Positions 39,397 to 52,936 of a stretch of DNA of 64,000 nucleotides are shown here, piece after piece (the stretch's first letter is position 1; every line of letters starts with the position of its first letter). Position numbers and translations under genes: made by a program. The notes below the pieces were generated by a model. The model made no database searches, was not told where the DNA came from, and was given only the letters and a program-made list of their open reading frames with translations. The stretch spans positions 2,208,001 through 2,272,000 of the forward strand of contig CM000151.3 of the NCBI GenBank assembly GCA_000004695.1. The letters are read 5' to 3'. This stretch comes from Dictyostelium discoideum (lineage: Eukaryota).

Positions 39397-39448
39397 ATTA
39401 TTATATAGATATAAAGCAAGTAAAAAAGCTGGATGTAAAATCATGTAA
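38849..39448 (+). CDS. PRL-type (PTP4A-like) prenylated protein-tyrosine phosphatase, about 163 aa. It has 2 exons: 38849..39300 and a 40-nt terminal micro-exon at 39409..39448.
   Basis: The CX5R P-loop VGIHCIAGLGRTPLLVCIALIE and the upstream WPFDDG-equivalent CFKDGNVPP align with human PRL-1. The ORF-track protein ends ...NSPQIKFLKE* without a CaaX box. A GTAATA donor at 39301 and a TATATAG acceptor at 39408 add E|YKASKKAGCKIM*, a polybasic stretch plus CaaX (CKIM). The 108-nt intron is largely (TTA)n. Confidence 0.85.
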
Positions 39449-39691
39449 ATAATAAAAGATAAATTTTAAAAAAACCAAATATGCTGTTACTACCTTATTT
39501 ATAAGAAAAGATGGATGAAACAAGTTTAGTAAATAAATAAATAAAATAAATAAATAAATAAATAAAGAAATAAAGAGATAGATATAGTGACTAATATTGA
39601 AAATATTTATTATAAACTACATATTCCTTCATTTTTTGTTTTTTTTTGTTGTAGTTGTTGTTGATGTTGCATTTGTTTTTTTTTTTAAAAG

Positions 39692-40069
39692 TTATTTTGA
39701 TTCATTTTCATTAGCTGTATTATCGGTATCATCTTTTTGTTGTTCAACATCTAAATCTTTCATTTCTTGATCAGTGGAGAGTGATGTTGAAGTAGAGGAG
39801 GTTGTATCAGAAGGGAATGATGTTGTAAAAGATGATGAAAAAGCAAAACTATCTAAATTTGGTTGATCATTATTTCCTTTTTCAGTTGGAGTTGTAGTAG
39901 TAGTGGTTGTTGTTGTTGTAGTGGTTGTATTGGTTGATGAATTTAATCTTGACCCTGAATTTTGATTCTTATTAAATTCGATCACTTCTTCAGGTGTTAA
40001 ATGAGGAAGTGTTGATACATTTAACATTTTTTCAACTGCACATAAATATTTACTAAATGATGTATACAT
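39692..40069 (-). CDS. Hypothetical Thr/Ser-rich acidic protein (125 aa)
   Basis: ATG at 40067-40069 with an in-frame stop just upstream. It has a poly-Thr run and a C-terminal acidic tail. I recognise no family. Confidence 0.4.
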   Translation of the reverse strand: MYTSFSKYLCAVEKMLNVSTLPHLTPEEVIEFNKNQNSGSRLNSSTNTTTTTTTTTTTTTPTEKGNNDQPNLDSFAFSSSFTTSFPSDTTSSTSTSLSTDQEMKDLDVEQQKDDTDNTANENESK

Positions 40070-40119
40070 TTTATAATTGATAATTAATTCACAAAGTCTT
40101 TGTACTGTAAATGGTGATC

Positions 40120-40156
<37 letters not shown>

Positions 40157-40212
40157 GTTTTTATTATTATGGTTAATAAATCCTATTTATTATTTATATA
40201 TGATAATAGATA

Positions 40213-40478
40213 TTAGTATATATATTCATACAATTTTGATTCTTTAAAACTATCAAGAAATTCTTTTTTCATTTTAATTAAACCAGAAAGGTTAACTTGA
40301 TTCTTTATTTTTTGCATTTCTTCATCTTTGATATTTACATTTAATTGTGGAGATTGTGGTGATTGTGGTGATTGTGGTGAATTGGTTGATGATGATGATG
40401 TATTAGTTGTTGTTGTTGTTGTGGATGTAGTTGTTGTGGATGATGTTGCAATGTATTCCTTTTCAAATATATCCAAAA

Positions 40479-40512
<34 letters not shown>

Positions 40513-40940
40513 TTTAAAAAAAAAAACATTTATATGAGTTAGTATATATAAATTTAATATTATTTTAATTTAATATATTTAAATAAATACTTCATTTAAT
40601 TTAAAATAAAACAATTCTTTTAATATATTCCAAGGATAGCATGTGATACCTGTTTTAGAAATGTTCTCTATAATACTATTTAATTCTGGTGTGACAACTT
40701 TTTTATCTTGTTTACAAAATTCTGAAAAAAAAAAAAAAAGAATAAATTAAGAACAATGATAGTTTTTAAAAAAAAAAAAAAAAAAAAAAAAGATAGAAAT
40801 TTTAATAGGGTTAGGATGGTGAAGATTTTTTTCAAGGAATTTTTTTTTTTTTTTTTTTTTTCTTTATTTTTTTATTTGTGGATATCTTACATACCTTCCA
40901 ATGACTTTTTTAAAGTTTCAGAATATTCAACTAATGTCAT
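40213..40940 (-). CDS. Hypothetical small protein, about 147 aa. It has 3 exons: complement(40895..40940), complement(40591..40721) and complement(40213..40479).
   Basis: Exon 1 is ATGACATTAGTTGAATATTCTGAAACTTTAAAAAAGTCATTGGAAG, followed by a GTATGT donor. A TTTTTTCAG acceptor at 40722-40724 leads to EFCKQDKKVVTPELNSIIENISKTGITCYPWNILKELFYFKLNE. A GTATTT donor at 40590 and an AG acceptor at 40480-40481 lead to ILDIFEKEYIATSS(T)n...SPQSPQSPQSPQ...KESKLYEYIY*. All junctions are in frame. The ORF track shows only the last exon. Confidence 0.5.
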
Positions 40941-41078
40941 TTTTTATAAAAAGTACACTGTATTATGCGGAAATATTTAAGGATAAAACTTTCTTAATCT
41001 AGTGATAACCCACAAAAAAAAAAAAAAAAAAAAAAAAAAAATTAAAAAAAAAAAAAAAATTTTAAAAAAACTTTTTTT

Positions 41079-41118
<40 letters not shown>

Positions 41119-41351
41119 TAAAAATATCAAATTTCACACCCAAGATAGAACAAATTTAAAAAAAATAAAATTGTTATTTCAACTAAAAAAAAAAAAAATA
41201 AATGGATCCACAAAGTTCATAATAAATAAAAAAAAAAAAAAAAGATAATTCATTGTAAAAAAAAAAAAGTAATAAAAAATAAAATCTCAAACCAAGATAA
41301 ATCCTACCAAAAAAAAAAAAATTAAAAATAATAAATAAATAAAAAAAAAGA

Positions 41352-41382
<31 letters not shown>

Positions 41383-41593
41383 CAAAATAAATAAATCATG
41401 CTAAATCCCTGAAATATAGATATTAAAAAATATTTTCGACATTTTTAAAAAAGTTCTTCTTTTTCTATCTAGATAAAATTTCTTTTTTTTTAAAAATTTT
41501 TTTTTTTTTTTTTTTGTTTTATTTTTTTTTTTTTTTTCAATTTTATTTTTATTTTTTTTATTTTTTTTCTTTCCATATATACTCAAAAACAAT

Positions 41594-42128
41594 ATGTCTT
41601 TAAATAATTTTTCACCAGAAGAAAAACAAAATATTGTTAGATCCATTTTTGCAGAAGAAGAAATAGTTTACAATGTATTTTTTGAAAGGTATTAAAAAAA
41701 AATAAAATAAAAAATAGAAAAAAAAAATTAGAAAAAAACTTAAACTTTTTCATCAAAATCTTTTACTTTTACATTTACTTTTACTTAACCTGACTTAACC
41801 TGACTTAAAATAACTTAAATATTTTTAAAGAGGAGATGATTCATTTAAAAATTTGAAATTATCAGAGATTAAGGCTATATTATCAATATTGAAATCATCA
41901 AGAAGTATGGCATATCCTTTATCTGGTAAAAAACAAGTTTTGGTAGATTTATTAACTTCAATTGGATTTGTTGGACCAATCAATACATCACCTCAACCAC
42001 AACCACCACAACCACCACCATCACCAACACCACCTGGATTATTCCAAGAAGAACTTCAACCACACTCATTTTTGGAATTAGATTTGGGAATTACAGTAGA
42101 GTTGGATAATTTATTGGGAGAAAATTAA
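41594..42128 (+). CDS. Hypothetical small protein with a SAP-like helix-extended-helix segment, about 130 aa. It has 2 exons: 41594..41688 and 41831..42128.
   Basis: Exon 1 encodes MSLNNFSPEEKQNIVRSIFAEEEIVYNVFFE with a GTATTA donor at 41689. A TTTAAAG acceptor at 41830 opens exon 2, RGDDSFKNLKLSEIKAILSILKSSRSMAYPLSGKKQVLVDLLTSIGF, which is SAP-motif-like, followed by a Pro-rich tail. Confidence 0.55.
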
Positions 42129-42242
42129 ATGGAAAAAAAAAAAAAAAAAAAAATAAACAAAGAAATTTTGTAATATTAAAAAAAAAAATAAAAAAAAAAA
42201 AGATATAAATAAAATAACATACACACTATATTTTTATAAAAT

Positions 42243-42277
<35 letters not shown>

Positions 42278-42805
42278 TTAATCTTATTTGACGAAATATT
42301 TATATTTCACTCTTATAAATCTAATCATTTCAAAAACCAAAATATGAATTCCAAATATTTTTTTTTTTTTTTTTTTCTTTTTTTTTTTTTCTTAAATAAA
42401 TTATAAAATTTTTTTTAAATCAAAAATGACAGATAGATAGATTAAAAAAAAAAAATTAATTTATTTATTAATAAAAAAACAATGAGAGTTTTTATTGTTT
42501 AAATATATATATATTTGAATTTTATTGTGAAGATTAACTATTTATTTTAACAACTCTACAATTAGTAATAAATCAAAATAATAGATTAAATTATTATTAT
42601 TTTTTACTCACCTAAAAACAACAACAACAACAATAAAAAAAAAAAAAAAAATAAAAATAAAAAAAAAAATAAAAATTTTTATCTACCACCCATTTTTTCA
42701 CACTACAAAGACATAACCACCACACATTCTCACACCTAAAACCCACACTAACTTACACACATAGACAAAGCGAAACCAATACATCTCCACTAAAACACTC
42801 ATAAA

Positions 42806-42843
<38 letters not shown>

Positions 42844-43459
42844 ACATTAAAAAAAAAGGAATATTCATTAAATCTCAAAGCTTACTCTATATCTCTGTCA
42901 CTCTCGACATATAAAATCATATATCAACAACAAACCACACTTTAACACATAATTAATTTGGTAGTTGGGTGAATTAAAAAGTTAATTTTTAATTTAAAAT
43001 ATGATTATCAATGTTGTTTAATGGTTTCATAATGATTTTTAATGAGGAAAAATATTAAAGAGTGTTTGGAACGGTGTGGGGGTAATTAAAAACATTCCAT
43101 TTATCTACATAAAAAATCATTTTTTTCTAAATATATTTTTATTTTTTAAATTTTATACTCTGTTTGTTTGGGGTTATACATAAAATACTATATTAATTAT
43201 TTATTTTTTTTTTTTTAATTTATATTTTTTTTTTTTTTTTTTTTAATTTTTTTTATTTAAATATTTAAATTTATTATTATTTTTTATTTATCCTTACCAT
43301 TTTTCAATTTATATTAATTATTATTTTCAATAAACATCACTTTTTTTTTTTTTTTTTTTTTTAAAAACAATTAAAATAATTATAAACATAAATTTATTTA
43401 AATATTAATATTATTAATATTATTAATGTTTTTTTTTTTTTTTTAAAAAAAAAAATATA

Positions 43460-45406
43460 ATGATGGAGCCAATTAATTATAAAAATATATCATTTAATGA
43501 TATTAAATTAGATAGTAATTGTAATAGTAGTAGTAGTAGTTCAAGTAGTAGTATTGGTAGTAATAGAAGTGGTAGTGGTGGTGGTGGTGCGATTTCAAGA
43601 AAAAGTTTTGATTGTAGTACTAGTAATGGTATTAGTGAATTTGGTGGTGATGATGGTGGTTGTGGTGGTGGTTGTGGTGGTGATATGGGTAATAATATTA
43701 ATATTAGTATTAATAAACGTCATAATTCAGTAAATAGTATTAGTAGTAATAAAAATATAAATTGTTTGTATCATGATTTAAATGATTTAATTACATATTG
43801 TAATGATTGTGAAAGAATGATATGTGTACAATGTATAGTTAGTAATGATCATTGTGGTCATAAATTCACAGAGATATCAAAACCATTTGCGTCAAGTTTA
43901 TTAGAGAAATTTCAAAAACAACAATTCCCAAATCTATTAGGTTATAGAGAAAGTGATAAACATATAATTTCAGCATTAGATTATTGTTGTAATGATGTCG
44001 AGCGCCAACATATAGAATCGGTAAAACAAGTCAAACAACATTTTCAAAAATTAATTGAATCGATTCAGTCCATTGAAAAGGATATCATTGAAAAATTACA
44101 ATCAACAGTTGAATGGAATAAAGAATTACAAAATTCAATTAAACAGCAGTTTGAAAGAGATTCAAAGAAAATCGATTCGATAATTTCAAAACATCATTCG
44201 AAAATCAATGGTTATCAAATTGACCAAATTTACGATTTTGAAACTAAACAACATATTGAAATTATTAAAGATTCAGATCAATGTACACCACTATTAAAAA
44301 GAAGATTGGAGATTTTAAATAATAATTCCTCTTCAAAAATTAAATTTAAAAATGATTTACTTACATTTAATATGGAAATATTTGACGAGATTAAAGAAAA
44401 AGTATTAAATTTCACAAAAATTGAAAATGTAGAATATAAAGATTTAAAATCAACTAAACAACATTTAATGTTAAATAAGAAGATTCAACCTTATAATATT
44501 GATTATTATTTATGTCATGGTGAGCCAATTCCATTAGGTGAGACATCGGTTGCATTGGATTCAAAATATTCTTCAAAATCAATTTGTATTCAGTCAAATA
44601 AAAGTATTGATAGATTGTTATTATGTAATGGTTTTAAATTATCATTGAGTGAGTTTAAAATACCAGATTCAATTAAAACATTGAGAATTGGTGATATTAA
44701 ATACTCTTGGGATGCAAATTCAATACCATCAAGTGTAACAGAGTTACATCTATGTGATGGTTTTAATCATATTCTTTCGAGTGGTATGATACCAAATACA
44801 GTTACAAAATTATATTTATATGATATTAAACAACCTTTAACTATGGGTTCAATACCATCAAGTGTAAATGAATTACATATGTGCGATGGATTCAGTTTAC
44901 AATTGGCTCCATTCGTTTTACCAAATTCTATAACTTCATTAAGTATAGGTGAAATTAAATATTCAATTCTACCAGAATTTATACCATCAAGTGTAAAAAA
45001 GATACGTTTATATAGTAGTTTTAATCATCCAATTATTCCTCAAAATATTTCAGAATCTGTTGAAACTTTAGTATTATTTAATATTAAATTAAATCTTGAA
45101 AATAAAGTAATACCAAAATCAATTAAAGAATTACATTTATGTGATGGATTTGAACAACAAATTCAACCATTCTCAATTGAAAATGGTGGAAAATTAGAGA
45201 AATTGGTATTATGTGATATTAAAGAAAAACTATTAAAAAATTCAATACCAAATTCTGTTAAAAAATTAATTTTCTTAGGTTATAATCATCAATTAGAAAA
45301 TGGTATTTTAAATGATTCTTTAGAATTAATTTATTTTAGTAAAAGTTTTACTCATCCAATTGATAATAATTTAATTCCAAATAATATTGAAATTATAAAA
45401 AAATAA
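43460..45406 (+). CDS. B-box zinc-finger plus FNIP-repeat protein (648 aa), a Dictyostelium-expanded family
   Basis: B-box-like CLYHDLNDLITYCNDCERMICVQCIVSNDHCGH. The C-terminal half carries at least 8 tandem repeats of about 22 aa of the FNIP type (IPSSVTELHLCDGFNHILSSGMIPNTVTKLYL...), followed by a coiled-coil middle region. Confidence 0.8.
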   Translation: MMEPINYKNISFNDIKLDSNCNSSSSSSSSSIGSNRSGSGGGGAISRKSFDCSTSNGISEFGGDDGGCGGGCGGDMGNNINISINKRHNSVNSISSNKNINCLYHDLNDLITYCNDCERMICVQCIVSNDHCGHKFTEISKPFASSLLEKFQKQQFPNLLGYRESDKHIISALDYCCNDVERQHIESVKQVKQHFQKLIESIQSIEKDIIEKLQSTVEWNKELQNSIKQQFERDSKKIDSIISKHHSKINGYQIDQIYDFETKQHIEIIKDSDQCTPLLKRRLEILNNNSSSKIKFKNDLLTFNMEIFDEIKEKVLNFTKIENVEYKDLKSTKQHLMLNKKIQPYNIDYYLCHGEPIPLGETSVALDSKYSSKSICIQSNKSIDRLLLCNGFKLSLSEFKIPDSIKTLRIGDIKYSWDANSIPSSVTELHLCDGFNHILSSGMIPNTVTKLYLYDIKQPLTMGSIPSSVNELHMCDGFSLQLAPFVLPNSITSLSIGEIKYSILPEFIPSSVKKIRLYSSFNHPIIPQNISESVETLVLFNIKLNLENKVIPKSIKELHLCDGFEQQIQPFSIENGGKLEKLVLCDIKEKLLKNSIPNSVKKLIFLGYNHQLENGILNDSLELIYFSKSFTHPIDNNLIPNNIEIIKK

Positions 45407-45642
45407 AAAAATTTAAATAAAACAAAAAATAAATAAATAAATAAATAAACTTTTGACCTATTTAAAATATTATAGTAATTATTTTAATTAAAATAAATAT
45501 TTTTTTTTTTTAATTTTTTAATTTTTTTTTTTTTTTTTTTTTGTGTGTTTTTGGTTATGTGTTTGTGAAGAACACCATCCAATTTATTTGTTTTAGAAAA
45601 ACAAATATAAAATTATTTTAAAATTATGATTTATTTTTATTT

Positions 45643-47760
<2,118 letters not shown>

Positions 47761-47995
47761 TTTAAAATAAATGAAAAAATAAAATGAAAAAATAAAAAAA
47801 AAAAAAAAAAAAAAAGGGAAAAAAACAAAAAAAAAGAAAAAAAAAAACAAAAAAAAAGCGAAAAAACTGAAAAAAAAAATTGGAAAAAACTGAGAGTTTT
47901 TAAATAAGATGTTTATTTGTGGCAATATTATTACATTTATAAATAATATATTATTGGTGGTTTAATATATAAATTATAATTTAATTTTTGTAATT

Positions 47996-48334
47996 TTAAT
48001 TACAACCACAATTGTTTGAACCTCCAGTTAAAATGGAACCAACTCCATGTAAAACAGAACCAACAATTACACCAGTACCAGTAAGAACACCACCAACGAG
48101 ACCACCGACTGCACCGAGTAATCCTCCATTTCCACAACCACCGCATTGAATTGAATTCATTGATTGTAAAGAAGATGACGAGTTTGATAATGATGATAAA
48201 TTATTTGATTTTGAAATTGATTTAACATTACCAATTGATGAGATTGAAGCTATTTTAATAATAAAATTTAGAATTATTATTTATTTATTTTTTTTTTTTT
48301 AATTAATTTCTTTTTACATACCTAAAATTGTCAT
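47996..48334 (-). CDS. HssA/2C/7E-family small Gly/Ser-rich protein, array copy A, 88 aa. It has 2 exons: complement(48322..48334) and complement(47996..48249).
   Basis: A 13-nt first exon ATGACAATTTTAG with a GTATGT donor and a 72-nt intron lead to a second exon encoding [84 protein letters not shown]. The family is identified from the CGGC...GLLG(G/A)VGGLVGGVL...GSNNCGCN pattern. Confidence 0.75.
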
Positions 48335-48416
48335 TTTTATATTTGTTTAATTTTTATTTGTTTGATATACTAATTTTTTTTTTTTTTTTCTTATTAATAC
48401 TTTTTTTTTTATATGT

Positions 48417-48472
<56 letters not shown>

Positions 48473-48947
48473 AACCAAAATGGTAGATTAATTATTGATA
48501 TTCATATTTACAAGATTCTATTATAATATATGTATACTTATGAAAATAATCATATGAATAGGGTAACATGTTTTTTTTAAAGGTTATATAAAGTTAACTT
48601 TTATTAGAAAAATCACAATCACAATCACAATCACAATCACAATAACAATGTAAATTTTTTAAAAAAAATTAATTGTATTCTAATTAGGAAACAGTTTTTA
48701 TACCATTTTAGAACATTTCTTATTTTTTAAAAAAAAAACAATACAATCTAATGACAGTTTTGTTAAAAGGTCAAAAATAATACCCCATTCGTTTTTTTTT
48801 TTTTTTTTTTAAACCCCCTATTAATAAATAAAAAATCAATTAAAAATTATAGATTCAAACAAGGATTGATTGTTTTATATAGAATTAATACATGAATATA
48901 TCATTTTGATGAGAAGTTAATAATTCTTAATATTTTAATAGTATTTT

Positions 48948-48990
<43 letters not shown>

Positions 48991-49062
48991 AATAAAAATA
49001 GTTTATATTTTTTTCATAATTTATTATTATAAAACAAACAAATAAACATTTAAAAATTACAA

Positions 49063-49416
49063 ATGACAATCTTAGGTAATATTTTAAATAATATATTTAA
49101 ATTTTAAATATATATTTAAAAAAACAATATTAATAAATTTTAAAAATTTCAAAATAATTAAATAGCTTCAATCTCTTCAATTGGTAATGTTAAATCAATT
49201 TCAAAATCAAATAATGTATCATTATCAAATTCATCATCTTCTTTACAATCAATGAATTCAATTCAATGCGGTGGTTGTGGAAATGGAGGATTACTCGGTG
49301 CAGTCGGTGGTCTCGTTGGTGGTGTTCTTACTGGTACTGGTGTAATTGTTGGTTCTGTTTTACATGGAGTTGGTTCCATTTTAACTGGAGGCTCAAATAA
49401 TTGTGGTTGTAATTAA
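49063..49416 (+). CDS. HssA/2C/7E-family protein, array copy B, 87 aa. It has 2 exons: 49063..49075 and 49166..49416.
   Basis: Same 13-nt first exon (ATGACAATCTTAG|GTAATA), a 90-nt intron and a second exon 97% identical to copy A. It is head-to-head with copy A, with 730 bp between the two start codons. Confidence 0.75.
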
Positions 49417-49905
49417 AATTACAAAAATTAAATTATTTATATTTTAAATTAACCAAAAATAAAACCCAATTTTATAATTTGTAAAATAAAAAAAAAAAAA
49501 AAAAAAAAAAATATTAAGTAATACCTTTTTTAAAATTATTATTTAAATTATTATATTTCAAAGTAGTTCTTTTTTTTAAAAAAATAATAAAAGAGTTGTA
49601 ACTTTAAAAAATTATTGGTTGGTCTTTTAAATATAAAAAAAAAAAAAAAAAAAAAATTCCAAATTAAATTATTCCTGGGTAATGCAAATTTTAATAATTT
49701 AAAAAAAATTAAAAAAATAAAAAAAATTATTCAATCAAAAGGATTAATCATAAAAAAAATGAATTTTTATCAATTATTTCAACCTAATGTAATTATCTCA
49801 TTTATTACTTTTTCTTTTTTTTTTTTTCTTTTTTTTTTTACATTTACAAATAATTAAATTTTGTTTATTATAATTTATTTAATATATATTTATATTTTTG
49901 TAATT

Positions 49906-50244
49906 TTAATTACAACCACAATTGTTTGAACCTCCAGTTAAAATGGAACCGACTCCGTGTAAAACAGAACCAACGATTACACCAGTACCAACAAGAACTC
50001 CACCAACGAGACCACCAACTCCACCGAGTAATCCTCCATTTCCACAACCACCACCACATTGAATTGAATTCATTGATTGTAAAGAAGATGATGAATTTGA
50101 TAATGATGATAAATTATTTGATTTTGAAATTGATTTAACATTACCAATTGATGAGATTGAACCTATTTAATTGAAATTTTTAATTAATTACAATTTTTTT
50201 TTTTTTATATTTTTTTTTTTTTTTTTACATACCTAAGATGGCAT
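49906..50244 (-). pseudogene. HssA/2C/7E-family copy C with a disrupted first exon. Exon 1 is complement(50233..50244). Exon 2, complement(49906..50162), is intact.
   Basis: The first exon reads ATGCCATCTTAG|GTATGT, 12 nt with an in-frame TAG, where other copies have ATGACAAT(C/T)TTAG (13 nt). This is a 1-nt deletion plus substitutions. Exon 2 would encode a normal family protein if it were entered in phase 1. Confidence 0.5.
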
Positions 50245-50342
50245 TTTATTTATTAAGGTTTGGTTATATTTTGGTTTGGATAATTATAAATTTTTAATTT
50301 TTTCAAAATGATACTTTTTTTTTTTTATATAAAAACTTTTAA

Positions 50343-50385
<43 letters not shown>

Positions 50386-50984
50386 ATTATGTATTTGTTT
50401 TTATTAAATAATTGCAAAAAAATATAAGATACCCTACATTATCATTTATATAAAAAATTATATCTTAGATCATTATGATTTATTTTTTAAGGAAATAATG
50501 GGTTAAATTTTAAGAGAAAATAACACAATCACAATTTAAATTATTATAAAATTTATAGATTATTAAATATACAATTCAAATTAAGAAATAACACTTTACC
50601 ATTCTTGGATGATTCTTTTAAATCTTTTATATTCACTATTTAAGAATATCTATCTATATACAAAATTATCGAAAATGATAAACACAACTTTTTTAAACCC
50701 CCCAAAAAAAAAAAAAAAAAAAAAAAAAATAATAAAAAAATAATAAAAAAAAAAAAAATAAAAAATAAAAAATAAAACAAAGATTGAGTGATAAATTCAG
50801 ATTTAATGTATACATCTACAACGATATTATGATTAAAAGTTAAAGCAATACATAAATTTATTACTATTTAATTTTATTTATTTTTCAATTATTTTATTAA
50901 AAAAAAAAATTATAAAAACTTTTTTTTTTTTTTTTTTTTTTATATTCCAAAACAAACAATTAATACTAAAAAATAATATAAAAA

Positions 50985-51337
50985 ATGACAATCTTAGGTA
51001 TGCTTTATATTTTGTAAAAAAAAAATTAATTATTAAATACTTATTTTTCAAAATTTACTATAATAATAATTATTAAATAGGTTCAATCTCATCAATTGGT
51101 AATGTTAAATCAATTTCAAAATCAAATAATTTATCATCACTATCAAATTCATCATCTTCTTTACAATCAATGAATTCAATTCAATGTGGCGGTGGTTGTG
51201 GAAATGGAGGATTACTCGGTGCAGTTGGTGGTCTCGTTGGTGGTGTTCTTACTGGTACTGGTGTAATTGTTGGTTCTGTTTTACATGGAGTTGGTTCCAT
51301 TTTAACTGGAGGTCCAAACAATTGTGGCTGTAATTAA
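50985..51337 (+). CDS. HssA/2C/7E-family protein, array copy D, 89 aa. It has 2 exons: 50985..50997 and 51081..51337.
   Basis: ATGACAATCTTAG|GTATGC, an 83-nt intron, and exon 2 encoding [85 protein letters not shown]. It is head-to-head with copy C. Confidence 0.75.
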
Positions 51338-51873
51338 AATTACAAAATTAAATTATAATTTATATATTAAACCAACCAAAAATTTAACCTCAATTTTATA
51401 ATTTGTAAAATAAAAAAAAATAAAAAATAGAAATATTTAATAATACTTTTTTAAAATTATTTTTAATTATTTAAATTTCAAAGCAGTTCTTTATTTAAAA
51501 AAAACTAATAAAAGAGTTGTAACTTTAAAATTATAAGTTTGTCTTTTAATTAAAAAAAAAAAACCACAAAAAAAAAAAAAAAAAAAATTCCAAATTAATC
51601 CTAGGTAATGAAAATTTAAATAATAATAATTTAAAAAAAAATTAAAACATAAAAAAATCATTCAATCAAAAAGATTAATCATAAAGAAAATGAATTTTTA
51701 TCAATAACCTCATTAATTACTCAAAATACTTTTTTTTTTTTTTTTTTTTTTTATCAATAACCTCATTAATTACTCAAAGCTTTTTTTTTTTTTTTTTTTT
51801 TTTTTTACATTTACAAATAATTAAACTTTGTTTATTTTTAATTTATTTAATATATATTTATAATTTTTTAATT

Positions 51874-52210
51874 TTAATTACAACCACAATTGTTTGAACC
51901 TCCAGTTAAAATGGAACCGACTCCGTGTAAAACAGAACCAACAATTACACCAGTACCAACAAGAACTCCACCAACGAGACCACCAACTCCACCGAGTAAT
52001 CCTCCATTTCCACAACCACCACCACATTGAATTGAATTCATTGATTGTAAAGAAGATGATGAATTTGATAATGATGATAAATTATTTGATTTTGAAATTA
52101 ATTTAACATTACCAATTGAAGAGATTGAACCTATTTAATAATAAAATTTATTAATACAATTTTTTTTTTTTTTATTTTTTATTTATTTTTTACATACCTA
52201 AGATTGTCAT
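51874..52210 (-). CDS. HssA/2C/7E-family protein, array copy E, 89 aa. It has 2 exons: complement(52198..52210) and complement(51874..52130).
   Basis: ATGACAATCTTAG|GTATGT, a 67-nt intron, then exon 2. It is nearly identical to copy C exon 2. The ORF-track ORFs at 49926..50138 and 51894..52106 are antisense readings of copies C and E. Confidence 0.75.
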
Positions 52211-52697
52211 TTTATTTGTTTTGTTTTGTTTTGTTTTTATTTTGTTTTGTATATTATTAATATTTTTTTTTTTTTCTTATTTATACTTTTTTTTTATTTA
52301 TAAAAACTTTAAATTTTTTGAAAAAAAAAAAAAAAAACTATATTTTTATTTTTAATAATAACTAAACAATTGTAAAAAATATAAGATACCCTACATTTTC
52401 ATTTATTTAAAAAATTGTATCTTAGATCAGTATGATTTATTTATTAAGGAAATAATAGGTTAAATTTTAAGAGAAAATAACACAATCACAATTTATTATA
52501 AAATTTATAGATTATTAAATATACAATTCAAATTAAGAAATAACACTTTACCATTCTTGGATGATTCTTTTAAATCTTTTATATTCACTATTTAAGAATA
52601 TCTATCTATATACAAAATTATCGAAAATGATAAACACAACTTTTTTAAACCCCCAAAAAAAAAAAAAAAAAAAAAAAATAAAAATAATAAAAAAAAA

Positions 52698-52728
<31 letters not shown>

Positions 52729-52936
52729 AAACAAAGATTGAGTGATACATTGAGATTTAATATACATCTACAACTATATTATGATTAGAAGTTAAACCAA
52801 TACATAAATTTAATATTATTTAATATTATTTATTTTTCAATTATTTTATTAAAAAAAAAAAATTATAAATACTTTTTTTTTTTTTTTTTTTTTATTCCAA
52901 AACAAACAAATAAATAATACTAAATAATAATAAAAA

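Noticed and set aside
49926-52106. Two nearly identical 70-aa ORFs, 49926..50138 and 51894..52106 ([16 protein letters not shown]...)
   Set aside because: They are the antisense strand of HssA-family copies C and E. The sense strand carries the conserved spliced gene.
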